Shown here: positions 30,657 to 41,116 of the stretch, in pieces
Position numbering within the stretch: position 1 is the first letter of the stretch
How the letters are laid out: every line of letters starts with the position of its first letter
NCBI GenBank assembly: GCA_977020255.1
Contig: CDROCS010005168.1
Coordinates: forward strand, 1-64,000
Direction of reading: 5' to 3'
Source of the DNA: Obrimoposthia wandeli
Taxonomy: Eukaryota
Length of the DNA: 64,000 nt
Made by a program: the position numbers and the translations under genes
Notes under the pieces: generated by a model
Database searches by the model: none
Seen by the model: only the letters and a program-made list of their open reading frames with translations
What the model was told of the DNA's origin: nothing

Positions 30657-31271
30657 TTATTGTGCCCAGTATGGGTTGTCAAGAAACAACCATACGGCGA
30701 CAGTTGTTAGACATAAAAAATATATAATGCTTTGAATTTTATGATTCTTTTTGTTGGACGTCATGCGAGTAATTATTTCTCCACCCCATATCCAAAGTAT
30801 GTGGACTGATACATTAAGCACTGCTAGTAACGCTATCAATACTAGAATCGCCATGTCGCCAAACGCAATTTGCGCAGATTCAGTAAACAGTGAAAACATA
30901 AGCACAATCATAACCCAACCTTTAGCGTTTAATAGCTGGATAACCATGCCATCTTTAAAGCTTAGGCGTTTATATGATTGATCGTGATTTAATAGCCCGC
31001 TTTTAAGGAATGCAACGGCTAAGTACCCAATATAGAATGAACCAGCAAACTGTAATATTTGTAGAATCAGTGGATATTGTTCGATCACGTTACCAAAACC
31101 ATAGCCTATCAACACGGATTTGAGGATAAAGACAAAATCAATGCCTAGCATTAGAGGAAATGATTTTTTGACACCAACACTTGCCCCTGATGCTGCAAAC
31201 ACAATATTGGCAGGCCCTGGACTAAAAACCAGCGGGAACATCACAGCTAGCCACAAAACGATAAAACTCAT
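30657..31271 (-). CDS. LysE/RhtB family exporter
   Basis: SPGPANI, GSFYIGYLA, GMVIQLLNAKGW. Confidence 0.9.
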   Translation of the reverse strand: MSFIVLWLAVMFPLVFSPGPANIVFAASGASVGVKKSFPLMLGIDFVFILKSVLIGYGFGNVIEQYPLILQILQFAGSFYIGYLAVAFLKSGLLNHDQSYKRLSFKDGMVIQLLNAKGWVMIVLMFSLFTESAQIAFGDMAILVLIALLAVLNVSVHILWIWGGEIITRMTSNKKNHKIQSIIYFLCLTTVAVWLFLDNPYWAQ

Positions 31272-31400
31272 AAATTTATACCCTTAATAAGATTAAAGAG
31301 AATAATGTAGAATCTTTCATGGACGAGTTCTTGTATGAAATTGCAGACTAATTATTTGTCTGTAAGATTGCGCGTACAATAGCGGTGCTAATACAGGGAA

Positions 31401-32204
31401 TTAAATAGCAACATATCTCTTGGGTGATGCGCCAAAAGCACGTTTGAAATTGCGATTAAAGTGGCTTTGATCGAAGAAACCGCAAAGTAATGCAGTATCA
31501 GCACAACTGTTGCCAAGTAGCAGTAAATCTTTTGCTTTATTAATTTTGACCAAGAGCGAAAACTGATGAGGGGTGACGCCAAATTGTTGATTGAAACCGC
31601 GAATAATCTGATATTTACTGCGTCCGCTCAAGGCTTCTAATTCTAGCAAAGTGGTGTTTTGTTGCCAGTTATCAAGTAAGTAATCACGTATATGGATGTT
31701 AGTGTCGTGTGTTTTATAGACACTACTGCCTATACTTTTATAATTACCGTAGCGATTGAAAAGTGTCTCAAATACCAGTGTGAGTAAGCTTTGTTTACTC
31801 AGATCAAAACTAGGCTGTTCAAAACTCAAATGTAAATCGTATAAGAGCTGAAACAACTGAGGGTCTGCTATATTTGGATTTTCGATAAAAGGTAATACTT
31901 CATTTTTAGCATCCGAAAAGTGGTCGGCTATGAGCGCAGGGTCGAAATAAAACATCCGATAGCTCCATCCAAGGTCACTACCGGCAAAGCCTGTGTGCAC
32001 TTCAGCAGGATTTATCGTGACGATATTGTTTTGCGGAATGATTAAGGATGCTCCCCTATAATTCAGCCCCTCCGCACCTTGTTCAATAATGCCTATCGCG
32101 AGTTCATCATGCCAGTGCTTGCAAAACTCGAAAGATTGGAAAGATGCTGTTAGTAGCTCAATACCCTCGATTTCTTTGCACTGCCAAAGCCTTGAATACT
32201 CCAC
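31401..32204 (-). CDS. AraC family regulator
   Basis: KHWHDELAIG cupin; GFFDQSHFNRNFKRAFGASP. Confidence 0.92.
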   Translation of the reverse strand: MEYSRLWQCKEIEGIELLTASFQSFEFCKHWHDELAIGIIEQGAEGLNYRGASLIIPQNNIVTINPAEVHTGFAGSDLGWSYRMFYFDPALIADHFSDAKNEVLPFIENPNIADPQLFQLLYDLHLSFEQPSFDLSKQSLLTLVFETLFNRYGNYKSIGSSVYKTHDTNIHIRDYLLDNWQQNTTLLELEALSGRSKYQIIRGFNQQFGVTPHQFSLLVKINKAKDLLLLGNSCADTALLCGFFDQSHFNRNFKRAFGASPKRYVAI

Positions 32205-32734
32205 TAGTAGAGGCGCCTTCTTTTCATATTTATAATCCAGTCAACTTGATTATTAGGATGTGGTTCAGGTTTATTTTAGCGCTTGGGTTTGCATAGTAAA
32301 TGCATAACTTGTAACACTAGAAAGAGGGCTAATTATTTATAAGTTAACTGCTTTTGTGCTAGCAAGAGCTGAGGCGATTAAAAAATATGAACGATTATCC
32401 CATGAGTAACGATGCCAGATTTATGCTTTAAAGAAAACTCTTACAGTCTCATTCGTTTTTAAATACTAGCAAAATAATAATGTTTCAGTTCCTTTCATTT
32501 AGCCTTGTTGTGTTTATAGATAGGTAACGAATTATTTGAGGCTAGTTACAGAACCGTCCAATTCTTCGTATTGTTACCGTAGCTCAGGGTGAAATTATTG
32601 AAGTGTAGTAACAGGAAATTACGTAAAGCGAATGCGCCATAGATGGCGCTGATGAGCGACTAATCAAAACTTAACATTCCCTCTGCCGTTCTAAAACCCA
32701 CATTATCGCCTATAAATCACCCTGTTTATCACAC

Positions 32735-32811
32735 CGAGCAAAATGCGAAAAGCTCTTTCCTAGTTTGCAAAACGAAAAAACCCATCGGAATTTCTTTTCG
32801 CATACCGCGAA
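32735..32811. promoter_or_regulatory. candidate SypG-type enhancer sites
   Basis: CGAGCAAAATGCGAA (32735-32749, reverse complement TTCGCATTTTGCTCG), a partial copy at about 32764-32778, and TTCGCATACCGCGAA (32797-32811). Confidence 0.6.
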
Positions 32812-32861
32812 TAAAAACAAATAAACTGTTTAATATCAATTTCTTAAAATTACTCTATAAG

Positions 32862-32878
32862 TTGGTACGCTTACTGCA
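32862..32878 (+). promoter_or_regulatory. sigma54 promoter for the second EPS operon
   Basis: TTGGTACGCTTACTGCA (GG-N10-GC), about 40 bp upstream of the ATG at 32917. Confidence 0.75.
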
Positions 32879-32916
32879 TTCTATAAGAAAAGCGCGTTAA
32901 TACCTAGGAGTACAGT

Positions 32917-34185
32917 ATGCCAAATATCCAGAGCCCTAAACATCACCATCTCGTAATCACTAGTGTATTTACAGTGCTTTTATCTGGTTGTGCTCAGCAC
33001 TCTTCTCTGGATTTAGACAAGGGGGATGTGCAATTTTATGGTACACCGGGTCACAAGGGTGATTTTCCTGTTCATCAACAATCTTCAGCTGATTTATTCA
33101 CAGCAAATCAAGATTGTAAAAAGCAAAAAGATTTAGGTGCTGCATTAAGTTACCGCGCTGATAAAGCTTTAAGACTAAGAACTGCAAAGGGCATTACAGA
33201 GCAAGTAGACCCTGTGCTGGCACAAGGTTTACTGCTTAGCCCAGGTGATTTAATTGAATTACATATCGAAGATGGTGAGGGCTTTAATGGCCGTTATATT
33301 GTGGGTAACACTGGCTCTGTAAAGTTACCTATTATTGGTAATCTAGTCGCTGCGGGTGCAACTACGAATACGCTAGAAACAAACATTGAATTAGCGTTAA
33401 TACGCCAGAAAATATTTCAGCCAAGCAGTGCTATCGTTACTATTCAAGTGCTGCACTGGTCATCAATAGAAGTGTCTGTCGGGGGCGCTGTGTTTCAGCC
33501 AGGCAGAGTGCTAATCAATAACAAAGGGCCTAAAGCGATACAAGAAGATCATCTTGATGCTATGGGTGATTACTCTACTACTCGCTTACTTTCAGAAGCG
33601 CTAAGAGCTGCAGCGGGTATTAGGCCAGATGCACAATTAGATCAAATTATTTTAGTCCGCAAAGGATGGCAGGTTCGCGTTGATATGACCGGGATTCTTT
33701 CAGGTAAGCCCGTGAAAGATTATCCATTGGTAGCGGGTGATAGCGTTATTGTGCCAAGCACTGGCTGCTTTCAACCTCACCTAGTAAGGCCTAGCCAGAT
33801 TACTCCCAAAGGTTTTCGCGTTTTTATGTCGAACCTTATCGATTCGGCCAACGATAACAGCGGGGCTGCGATCGGTAAATACTCCACAAACTTACCTTAC
33901 GGGACGCGTTTATTGCAGGCAGCGGTATCGGCAAACTGCGTGGGCGGAAAGAGCTTGACCAATGCGTCACGCAGGGTAGTACTATCGAGTAAAAACCCTG
34001 TTACTGGGAAAACCCAAGTGATTGAGCGCTCAGTTGAACGGCTATTAACAATGCCGAGCAAAGGTGAAATTAATCCGTATTTGATGCCCAATGACGCGAT
34101 TGCTTGCTATGACTCGAATATCACTAATTTTCGCGATATTGCACGTACCATCACCGATTTTCTAACACCGTTAAAGTTACTGTAG
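32917..34185 (+). CDS. polysaccharide export lipoprotein (OPX/SLBB, SypC-like)
   Basis: Lipobox LLSGC; LSPGDLIEL...G.VKLPIIG Poly_export domain; GGAVFQPG SLBB. Confidence 0.85.
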   Translation: MPNIQSPKHHHLVITSVFTVLLSGCAQHSSLDLDKGDVQFYGTPGHKGDFPVHQQSSADLFTANQDCKKQKDLGAALSYRADKALRLRTAKGITEQVDPVLAQGLLLSPGDLIELHIEDGEGFNGRYIVGNTGSVKLPIIGNLVAAGATTNTLETNIELALIRQKIFQPSSAIVTIQVLHWSSIEVSVGGAVFQPGRVLINNKGPKAIQEDHLDAMGDYSTTRLLSEALRAAAGIRPDAQLDQIILVRKGWQVRVDMTGILSGKPVKDYPLVAGDSVIVPSTGCFQPHLVRPSQITPKGFRVFMSNLIDSANDNSGAAIGKYSTNLPYGTRLLQAAVSANCVGGKSLTNASRRVVLSSKNPVTGKTQVIERSVERLLTMPSKGEINPYLMPNDAIACYDSNITNFRDIARTITDFLTPLKLL

Positions 34186-34192
34186 GTGTATT

Positions 34193-35584
34193 ATGAAAAA
34201 TCCTATTGCAACCCGCAGCCCGTTTAACATATTTCGCGCTCATGCTTATCGTATCTTAAAACGCCCGTATTTAGTGGTTAGTCTAACTTCATATACCTTG
34301 GTTGGTTTATTGGTAACGCTCTACTTAATGAAAACGCCGGTATACACCAGCAATATGGAACTTGTGCTACCAGGGACCGGTAATAGTAGTAGCGTGTCGT
34401 TGAATGGGATAGGGCAGATTGTGTCAAAAACAGATACGCCCTTTGCAGGTGGCGGGTTTAATCCTCGTATCAACTATAAAGAAATGCTTTCAAGTAGAAG
34501 AATCGTTGATGGGGCTGCTGCTAGCTTAAATATCTCTTCTAAAGATTTTGGCAAAGCTAAAGTTAAATTGACCGAACAAACATCGATTATTTTGTTAACG
34601 GTTAAAGGTGCAACGCGCAGTATGGCGCAAGCCAAAGCCTTGGCTTTATATGAATCATTACAACAAGAGTTAGATAATCTTCGTGCTGATGAAGTATTAC
34701 GTCGCGATCAAAGTATTCAAAGTACGCTCAAGCAATATCAAATACGCATGGACATTACCCGTAACGCTATTATCGATTTTCAGCAGAGTTCTATACTCGT
34801 TTCTCAAAGCCAATTGGAGCAGTTAATTCTAACGCTGGCTAACCTTAAACAGCGTGCCATTTATGCGCGAGCTGATGCCGAAAAGCTCAAAGCATATGTA
34901 AAGCAATTAAGTAAAGAGCTTGGCGTTTCTCCTAAACTAGCAGGACAAGCCTTTGCTTTACAATCAGATGTAGCTTTTAGGGCTTACTCCCAAGAACTTG
35001 AAAAAAGTATTACTAAGCTCACTGAATACAGCTCGCGCTGGGGTGTAAATCACCCGAAGGTGATTGCCCAGCAAAAGCGTTTAAATTTAACACGTAGTTC
35101 AATTAATAAGCGCAGTAGAAAGTTATTCGGCGTGAAAACTGCCGCCATCTTTAGCAACTTAAACTTAGAGACAACGCCAAAACGCTCTAAATTGTTTGCT
35201 GATTTGATTGATGCCTATGCCAACTATAAAGGGCAAGTATCAATGCTCGCCGACTTAGATAGTTCCATCAAACGCTTATCTATCAACTTAAAAATTTGTT
35301 CTAGTGAAATTATAGAATTAGAAAATCGACAACGAAAATTCAACATGGCTGAAGCGATCTATACTTCTGCCGCCGCAAGGATAGAGGCCAGCAGAGCAGA
35401 TATATTTGCGTCTTATCCCGTTATACAAATGTTAGCTAACCCATCCTATCCAGAGTTACATAGTAGCCCTAATAAAATGATCGCACTCGCGGCGGCCATT
35501 GCAGGCTTTTCACTCATCACTTTTGGACTTTTCCTAATATGGCAACGAGCGCGGTTAATAAAACTACTACTGAAGAAAAGCTAG
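34193..35584 (+). CDS. polysaccharide co-polymerase / chain-length regulator (GumC/SypO-like)
   Basis: N- and C-terminal TM segments, coiled-coil core, WGVNHPKV, P..P..PNK motif; no tyrosine-kinase domain. Confidence 0.85.
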   Translation: MKNPIATRSPFNIFRAHAYRILKRPYLVVSLTSYTLVGLLVTLYLMKTPVYTSNMELVLPGTGNSSSVSLNGIGQIVSKTDTPFAGGGFNPRINYKEMLSSRRIVDGAAASLNISSKDFGKAKVKLTEQTSIILLTVKGATRSMAQAKALALYESLQQELDNLRADEVLRRDQSIQSTLKQYQIRMDITRNAIIDFQQSSILVSQSQLEQLILTLANLKQRAIYARADAEKLKAYVKQLSKELGVSPKLAGQAFALQSDVAFRAYSQELEKSITKLTEYSSRWGVNHPKVIAQQKRLNLTRSSINKRSRKLFGVKTAAIFSNLNLETTPKRSKLFADLIDAYANYKGQVSMLADLDSSIKRLSINLKICSSEIIELENRQRKFNMAEAIYTSAAARIEASRADIFASYPVIQMLANPSYPELHSSPNKMIALAAAIAGFSLITFGLFLIWQRARLIKLLLKKS

Positions 35585-36807
35585 TCTGGTACGCCATAGT
35601 GCTTACTTATCCATTCTTTGCTTTCGGCGGTTTGTATGTAACAGGATCATTAATAGGCTGGCTAATTTTCGCGGTTGCGATGTTGCGTTGGTATTTTAAT
35701 GGCAAAGAGGAAAACGCTTTTATTCCAGCCATTATTTGGTTGTGGATAGTATCTGGTTTGATATTGCTTATCGCGCTCATCATCGCCCATGCAAACTGGG
35801 AATTAGGGTTTGCCAAAACCATAAAATCATCGATTGGCTGGGCGAAGGGCTGGGCCTTAATGCCGCTATTTTTGTTGTTAGGTGCCCTAGTTGATATTAA
35901 GCCAAGCATGATGGTGAGAGCGGCTTGTGTTGTTTCTTTGCATACGCTCATTTTTGCTTTCTTCTCAGTAGGTCTATATTTTGCGGGAGCGCCAGCCGAT
36001 TTATTTGTCTCACCATTACAAGCCATTGGTGGTCCGGGGCCGGACTTTTTTAAAGTCAGCCTTTATGGTTTAAACCCAGAGACGGGAGCAGGGCGCTGGC
36101 GCTTTTTTGCACCTTGGGCACCTGCCGCAGGATTCATGGCTTGTATATTATTAATTTTTTGCTCACAAGAGAAAAACCGCTTTTGGAGAAACCTTGGTAT
36201 AGCAGGCAGTGTAGCGATGTGTTTGCTGTCGCAATCACGTGCGGGATGGGCCATTTTCTTAATGCTAATGCCACTATTATTCTTACTAGGAAAGTTTAAA
36301 AACCCGCTAGGGTTGGTATTTATCGGTATTGCGATGTGCTGCTTATTTCTGGTGAGCGAAGTGATATACGATATTGTCAACACGGCTTATATGGATGTTA
36401 AAGCGGCGCGACCTGAGTCATCACGCGTACGCTCAGCACTGGCTAAAATAGCATTAGAGCGATGGGAGAGCGAAGCACCAATATGGGGACACGGCATTGT
36501 AGAGCGCGGGCCTAAAATAGTTGAGTTCATGCCGATCGGCACTCATCACACTTGGTACGGTTTATTATTTGTAAAAGGCGCTGTCGGTATGTTGGCGCTG
36601 GCAATCCCGATGTTTATCACTTCGTTATATTTATTGTGCCAGAGCCAAAAAACACCGGTTTTCGGTAGTGCGTTTTGCATGATCTTAGTTTTTATTTGTT
36701 ATTCATTTTTTGAGAATTTGGAGATTTTAGCCTACATATACTGGCCGGCATTGTTATGGATAGGTATGGCGCTGAACCCTCTTAAAACAGGAGAAAAGTA
36801 TGTTTAA
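35539..36807 (+). CDS. O-antigen ligase/Wzy-like polymerase (SypL-like)
   Basis: Multi-TM; LLSQSRAGW, PIWGHG, GTHHTWYGLLFVKG. Confidence 0.82.
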   Translation: MATSAVNKTTTEEKLVWYAIVLTYPFFAFGGLYVTGSLIGWLIFAVAMLRWYFNGKEENAFIPAIIWLWIVSGLILLIALIIAHANWELGFAKTIKSSIGWAKGWALMPLFLLLGALVDIKPSMMVRAACVVSLHTLIFAFFSVGLYFAGAPADLFVSPLQAIGGPGPDFFKVSLYGLNPETGAGRWRFFAPWAPAAGFMACILLIFCSQEKNRFWRNLGIAGSVAMCLLSQSRAGWAIFLMLMPLLFLLGKFKNPLGLVFIGIAMCCLFLVSEVIYDIVNTAYMDVKAARPESSRVRSALAKIALERWESEAPIWGHGIVERGPKIVEFMPIGTHHTWYGLLFVKGAVGMLALAIPMFITSLYLLCQSQKTPVFGSAFCMILVFICYSFFENLEILAYIYWPALLWIGMALNPLKTGEKYV

Positions 36808-37948
36808 AAAATATGATGCTCATATCGCTGGCTACTATGGAATGCAAAATAGCGGTGATGACGCCCTAATGTACGCCACAGTTTGGGGTGCTAAAAAACT
36901 TTTACACTGTGAATCTACAAGTATAGGGCTGTATGACAATAATAACGCTGGTACTGGAAGTGGCACTGTAAATACAGCTCAGAGTCAGTCACTACAGGTT
37001 AACCGCCAACGTCCGTTGTACTACAAACAAGCATTTTCAGGGCAAAATAGATTAATTCAATACCAAGCTGCGATCCAAAGTAAAGGCGTTATATTTGGCG
37101 GAGGCTCAGTGTTGCATAGTGTCTCCGATATTAATCTTAAACGTCATTTAATGATGCTGGCGGGTAGAGCGAATAGTCGCGCTGTCGGTGTCAGCTTAGG
37201 TCCTTTTCAATCAATAGCGGCTGAAAAATCCTGCACTGCATTTTTAAACGAATGTGGTTTTGTGGGAGTAAGAGATCAGCAAAGTTTCGAGCTTGCACAG
37301 TCTTTAGCACCGCAAGCGAATATTGTAAAAACTTTTGATTTAGCACCATTGTTGCTTTATGCAACCAAACAAATACTCAGCAATAACCCGCGCCAAGGGA
37401 TTGCTCTATCGCTATGTCCTGTGGCTGTTGATCCATCGGGGTGTGTGGATGAGAAGGCAGAACGCCAGCGTTTGTCAGAACTTTGCCATTTGCTTGAAGC
37501 CCTTTATAAAAGTACTGGTGAAGTGATTACCCTATTAACATTTAATGGCCATGATCAATTGGGTGATTGGAAAATAAATTACGATATCAAGGCGCGTTTA
37601 GAGAATAAACTGCCGATTACCATCAAAGCATATAACCCTAATCCATTTGCCGTTTTACAAGATTTGGCAAATTACAAAGCCGTTATCAGCATGCGCTTAC
37701 ATGGCTCTATTTTGAGCTACTTAAAAAACACACCAGTGATTTCCTTAAATTATCATGAGAAATGCCAGGGCTGGTGTACACAGATCGGTCTTGTAAAGAA
37801 CTATCAATTTAATCCTCAATGTTTAGATGTTGAAGGTATCAGGCAGCAAGTAGAGCAAGGCTTAGAATACGGCTTTACTCCACCATCATTAATCGTTGCC
37901 GACGCATTAAAAAGTGCCTTATCAAATTGGAGTACTAGCCATGAATAA
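36800..37948 (+). CDS. polysaccharide pyruvyl transferase family protein
   Basis: GYYGMQNSGDDAL, FGGGSVL, VGVRDQQS, DLA, MRLHG. Confidence 0.88.
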   Translation: MFKKYDAHIAGYYGMQNSGDDALMYATVWGAKKLLHCESTSIGLYDNNNAGTGSGTVNTAQSQSLQVNRQRPLYYKQAFSGQNRLIQYQAAIQSKGVIFGGGSVLHSVSDINLKRHLMMLAGRANSRAVGVSLGPFQSIAAEKSCTAFLNECGFVGVRDQQSFELAQSLAPQANIVKTFDLAPLLLYATKQILSNNPRQGIALSLCPVAVDPSGCVDEKAERQRLSELCHLLEALYKSTGEVITLLTFNGHDQLGDWKINYDIKARLENKLPITIKAYNPNPFAVLQDLANYKAVISMRLHGSILSYLKNTPVISLNYHEKCQGWCTQIGLVKNYQFNPQCLDVEGIRQQVEQGLEYGFTPPSLIVADALKSALSNWSTSHE

Positions 37949-38891
37949 ACTAAATTTTACAGTAATTATTCCGCTTTATAACAAAGCAGAACATATCCTA
38001 CGAGCGCTAGAGAGCGTCCAGTGTCAAAAATACGCAGCCGCGCAAATCATCGTCATTGATGACGGCTCTACAGATGCTGGGGCGGCGCTTGTTAAAGCCG
38101 CTAATATTGAAAATTTACAGCTGGTCCAACAAGCTAACGCAGGTGTCTCTAATGCCAGAAACAAAGGTATTACTTTGGCTAAATATAAATATATCGCTTT
38201 TTTAGATGCTGATGATCAGTGGCTACCTCTATATCTTGAAGAGACAGCAAGGTTGATTAGAAAATTTCCACAGGCGGGTGTCTTTGGCACCCGTTATCAA
38301 ATTGTTGAAGAGGACAAGGCTGGAGGAGAACGCTATGTGGATGCAAAAATATTTATTGATGACATCGATCCAACCGGAGAGATACTCACCGATTATTTTG
38401 ATATGGCATCACGCGGTGATTTGCCGTTCACCATGTCTAGCGTCACTATAAGAAAATCATTATTTGACAATATTGGCGTTTTCCCTGAGGGAGAGAAGTT
38501 AGGAGAAGATCAAGATTTGTTTTGTCGTGCTGCTTTAAGCACCTTCATTGCGTATTCAAACAACATTCATTCTTTATATCATCGTGACGCACAAAATCGT
38601 GCTTGCCTATTAAATGTTCCGCATCAAGAGTGCCCTTTTAGCATTCGACTAACCAAGAAAGCACTGCAAATGCCACATCGCAAACACACTCAAATCAGTA
38701 TGTTGCGTTGTAGTGCTGCTCATTTATGTCATATAGCGAAAATTAATATTCAGGTTGGTCGCTTCCAGCAGGCAAGATCGCTGCTGGCTGATCCACGGTG
38801 TAAACTAAAACTTAAGCATCAGTGTGTTCTATACAGCTTATCTTGGGTAAAACAGTTTACAGGTTTGTTTTTTGGATTGCGTCACAGTTAA
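37941..38891 (+). CDS. GT2 family glycosyltransferase
   Basis: FTVIIPLYNK, IDDGSTD, NAGVSNARNKG, FLDADD, GEDQD; probable start 37941. Confidence 0.92.
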   Translation: MNKLNFTVIIPLYNKAEHILRALESVQCQKYAAAQIIVIDDGSTDAGAALVKAANIENLQLVQQANAGVSNARNKGITLAKYKYIAFLDADDQWLPLYLEETARLIRKFPQAGVFGTRYQIVEEDKAGGERYVDAKIFIDDIDPTGEILTDYFDMASRGDLPFTMSSVTIRKSLFDNIGVFPEGEKLGEDQDLFCRAALSTFIAYSNNIHSLYHRDAQNRACLLNVPHQECPFSIRLTKKALQMPHRKHTQISMLRCSAAHLCHIAKINIQVGRFQQARSLLADPRCKLKLKHQCVLYSLSWVKQFTGLFFGLRHS

Positions 38892-38945
38892 GCCGTGTTG
38901 GGTATTAGGTTCCTATATCTTTGTAAGATTCATTCAAAATCCTCA

Positions 38946-38979
38946 TGATGTCACTGCAATACAAATTGCAGTGACATCA
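38946..38979. terminator. perfect 15-bp-arm hairpin between convergent genes
   Basis: TGATGTCACTGCAAT-acaa-ATTGCAGTGACATCA. Confidence 0.7.
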
Positions 38980-39057
38980 ATTTGGCTGTCGTTTATAAGG
39001 GAGGTTCTACGAACGCAGAATTAAATCGAAGAAGGTACCGAGTAAAAAAATTAGCTT

Positions 39058-39906
39058 TTAACTAGGCGATTTCAATTGTCTAAGGTATTGGGGATTGCGA
39101 AAATCCTGCAAAGCTTGTTCAATCTCTTCATTTTTATTCATCACAAAAGGACCGTATTGCACTAATGGCTCATCAATTGGTTGACCACTTAATACTAGTA
39201 AGTCAGCACCTTGTGCTCCCGCTTTTAGTGCTAAGGTTTCACCTGTACTGTAAATACCTAGCTGACGTTTGTTGACGCAATCTGTATTACCTCTATAGAC
39301 ATATACCACTGCTGGATTCTTTTCACCAAAAGATAAATCAATACTTTCATGAGGCTGTAACTGCACATCCAAAAAAACAGCCTGCGCCGAACTTTTAGGT
39401 AACGGGCCTTGGTAAGCTTGTTGATCGATATTTACAGCGCCTGCAATAATCCGTACTAAGCCACCCTCGGGTAATTGTTGTTCAATAATATTGTGGCTGC
39501 CAATCTCTTGATAAGCAGCGGGTTTCATCTTTTGCGCTGCGGGTAAATTAAGCCAAATTTGAAAACCATGTAATAAGCCCTCTTCCTGCTCAGGCATTTC
39601 TGAGTGTAATACACCTGCGCCAGCTGTCATCCACTGCACATCACCAGGTGCAATCACCCCTTCATTACCCATATGATCACGGTGGCGCATACGACCGGCT
39701 TTCATATAAGTGATGGTTTCAAAGCCTCGGTGAGGGTGCTCTGGGAAGCCTGCTAAATAATCGTCAGCTTGGTCAGAATTAATTTCATCGATCATCAAAA
39801 AAGGGTTCATCACTTGTTGCACATGGCGGCCACCTAAGCGATGAATTTTTACACCCGCACCATCTTGCGTTGGCTGTGCATCCAATACTTTCGTTATCTT
39901 TCTCAT
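39058..39906 (-). CDS. pirin family protein
   Basis: GFPEHPHRGFETITY, QWMTAGAGVLHSE, GFQIWLNLP, QYGPFVMN. Confidence 0.95.
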   Translation of the reverse strand: MRKITKVLDAQPTQDGAGVKIHRLGGRHVQQVMNPFLMIDEINSDQADDYLAGFPEHPHRGFETITYMKAGRMRHRDHMGNEGVIAPGDVQWMTAGAGVLHSEMPEQEEGLLHGFQIWLNLPAAQKMKPAAYQEIGSHNIIEQQLPEGGLVRIIAGAVNIDQQAYQGPLPKSSAQAVFLDVQLQPHESIDLSFGEKNPAVVYVYRGNTDCVNKRQLGIYSTGETLALKAGAQGADLLVLSGQPIDEPLVQYGPFVMNKNEEIEQALQDFRNPQYLRQLKSPS

Positions 39907-39973
39907 TTGTGTTCTCCTGTTGCGAACTAAATAGCATCTCTGCTCATTGCTGTCAGGTTAAAAAATGTAAGCC

Positions 39974-40068
39974 CTGTCACTCATTGATTTGTGGTTCTCT
40001 GTTATGATTAAAGGGGTGCACTTCAACAAAATGATACTTGTCGTTAGCGTCAAATCAATGAGTGACAG
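39974..40068. repeat. 18-bp inverted repeat with 59-bp spacer
   Basis: CTGTCACTCATTGATTTG (39974-39991) and CAAATCAATGAGTGACAG (40051-40068). Confidence 0.8.
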
Positions 40069-40079
40069 AGCAACAAAAA

Positions 40080-41045
40080 TTAAACCGGACAGTAATGACC
40101 CCTGTTGTGAGCCAATGTTAAATCTTGAGCCGGGCCAACAGGGATCACACCAGTGGGGTTGATCATTAAATGGCTTGCATAATAGTGAGTTTTTATATGC
40201 TCAAAATTGACTGTTTCAGCGACTCCAGGGATTTGGTAAAGCTCACGTACATAGCCACTTAATGCGGGGTAATCGGCTATTTGCTGGCGATTTGTTTTAA
40301 AATGACCAAAGTACACTGCGTCAAAGCGAATCAGGGTTGAAAATAAACGCCAATCGGCTTCTGTTATCTGAGCACCAGCTAAGTAGCGCTGTTTTCTCAA
40401 AATATTTTCTATCCAATCAAGTGAATCAAACAAGCTATAAAATGCTTGTTCATAAGCGGGTTGCGTCGTCGCAAAACCTGCGCGATATACACCGTTATTG
40501 ATCGTCTCGTAAATACGCTCATTAAACGCATGAATTGTGCTGTGTAAATTTTCAGGATAATAATCATCAGTATTACCTGTTAGGTGATTAAACGCGCTAT
40601 TGAACATACGAATAATTTCTGAGGATTCATTGCTAACAATTGTTTGTGTTTGCTTATCCCATAACACAGGTACTGTCACTCGACCTTCATAGGCGCTATC
40701 CGCTTTTAAATACAACTCGTAGACGAAATCTAAGCCATATAACGCATCGTTCATTTCCCAACCGTTTTCGAGCATTATTGGTTCAACCACGGTGACATCG
40801 ATGTACTCTTGTAACTGTTTAAGCTCGCGAAAAATGAGCGTGCGATGCGCCCAAGGGCAGGCCAGTGACACATACAAATGGTAGCGCCCTTTTTCAGCCT
40901 TAAAACCTTGCTCACCATTAGGGCCAGCACTGCCATCAGCTGTTAGCCAATTTCTAAAACGACTATCTTGGCGACGAAACTCTCCTGCGTTATCTTTCGT
41001 GTCATACCACTGATCTACCCATTTACCTTGTTGTAATAAACCCAT
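40080..41045 (-). CDS. yqjG: glutathionyl-hydroquinone reductase (Xi-class GST, YqjG-like)
   Basis: RYHLYVSLACPWAHRT, VTVPVLWD, NESSEI, INNGVYRAGFA, EHIKTHYY; probable start MGLLQQG at 41045. Confidence 0.93.
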   Translation of the reverse strand: MGLLQQGKWVDQWYDTKDNAGEFRRQDSRFRNWLTADGSAGPNGEQGFKAEKGRYHLYVSLACPWAHRTLIFRELKQLQEYIDVTVVEPIMLENGWEMNDALYGLDFVYELYLKADSAYEGRVTVPVLWDKQTQTIVSNESSEIIRMFNSAFNHLTGNTDDYYPENLHSTIHAFNERIYETINNGVYRAGFATTQPAYEQAFYSLFDSLDWIENILRKQRYLAGAQITEADWRLFSTLIRFDAVYFGHFKTNRQQIADYPALSGYVRELYQIPGVAETVNFEHIKTHYYASHLMINPTGVIPVGPAQDLTLAHNRGHYCPV

Positions 41046-41116
41046 TTTCCTATTCCTTATCAAATTTAATTCTTGATTACTAAAGGTTAAGCCAGTGCTG
41101 TTAACCATTAGTTAAA

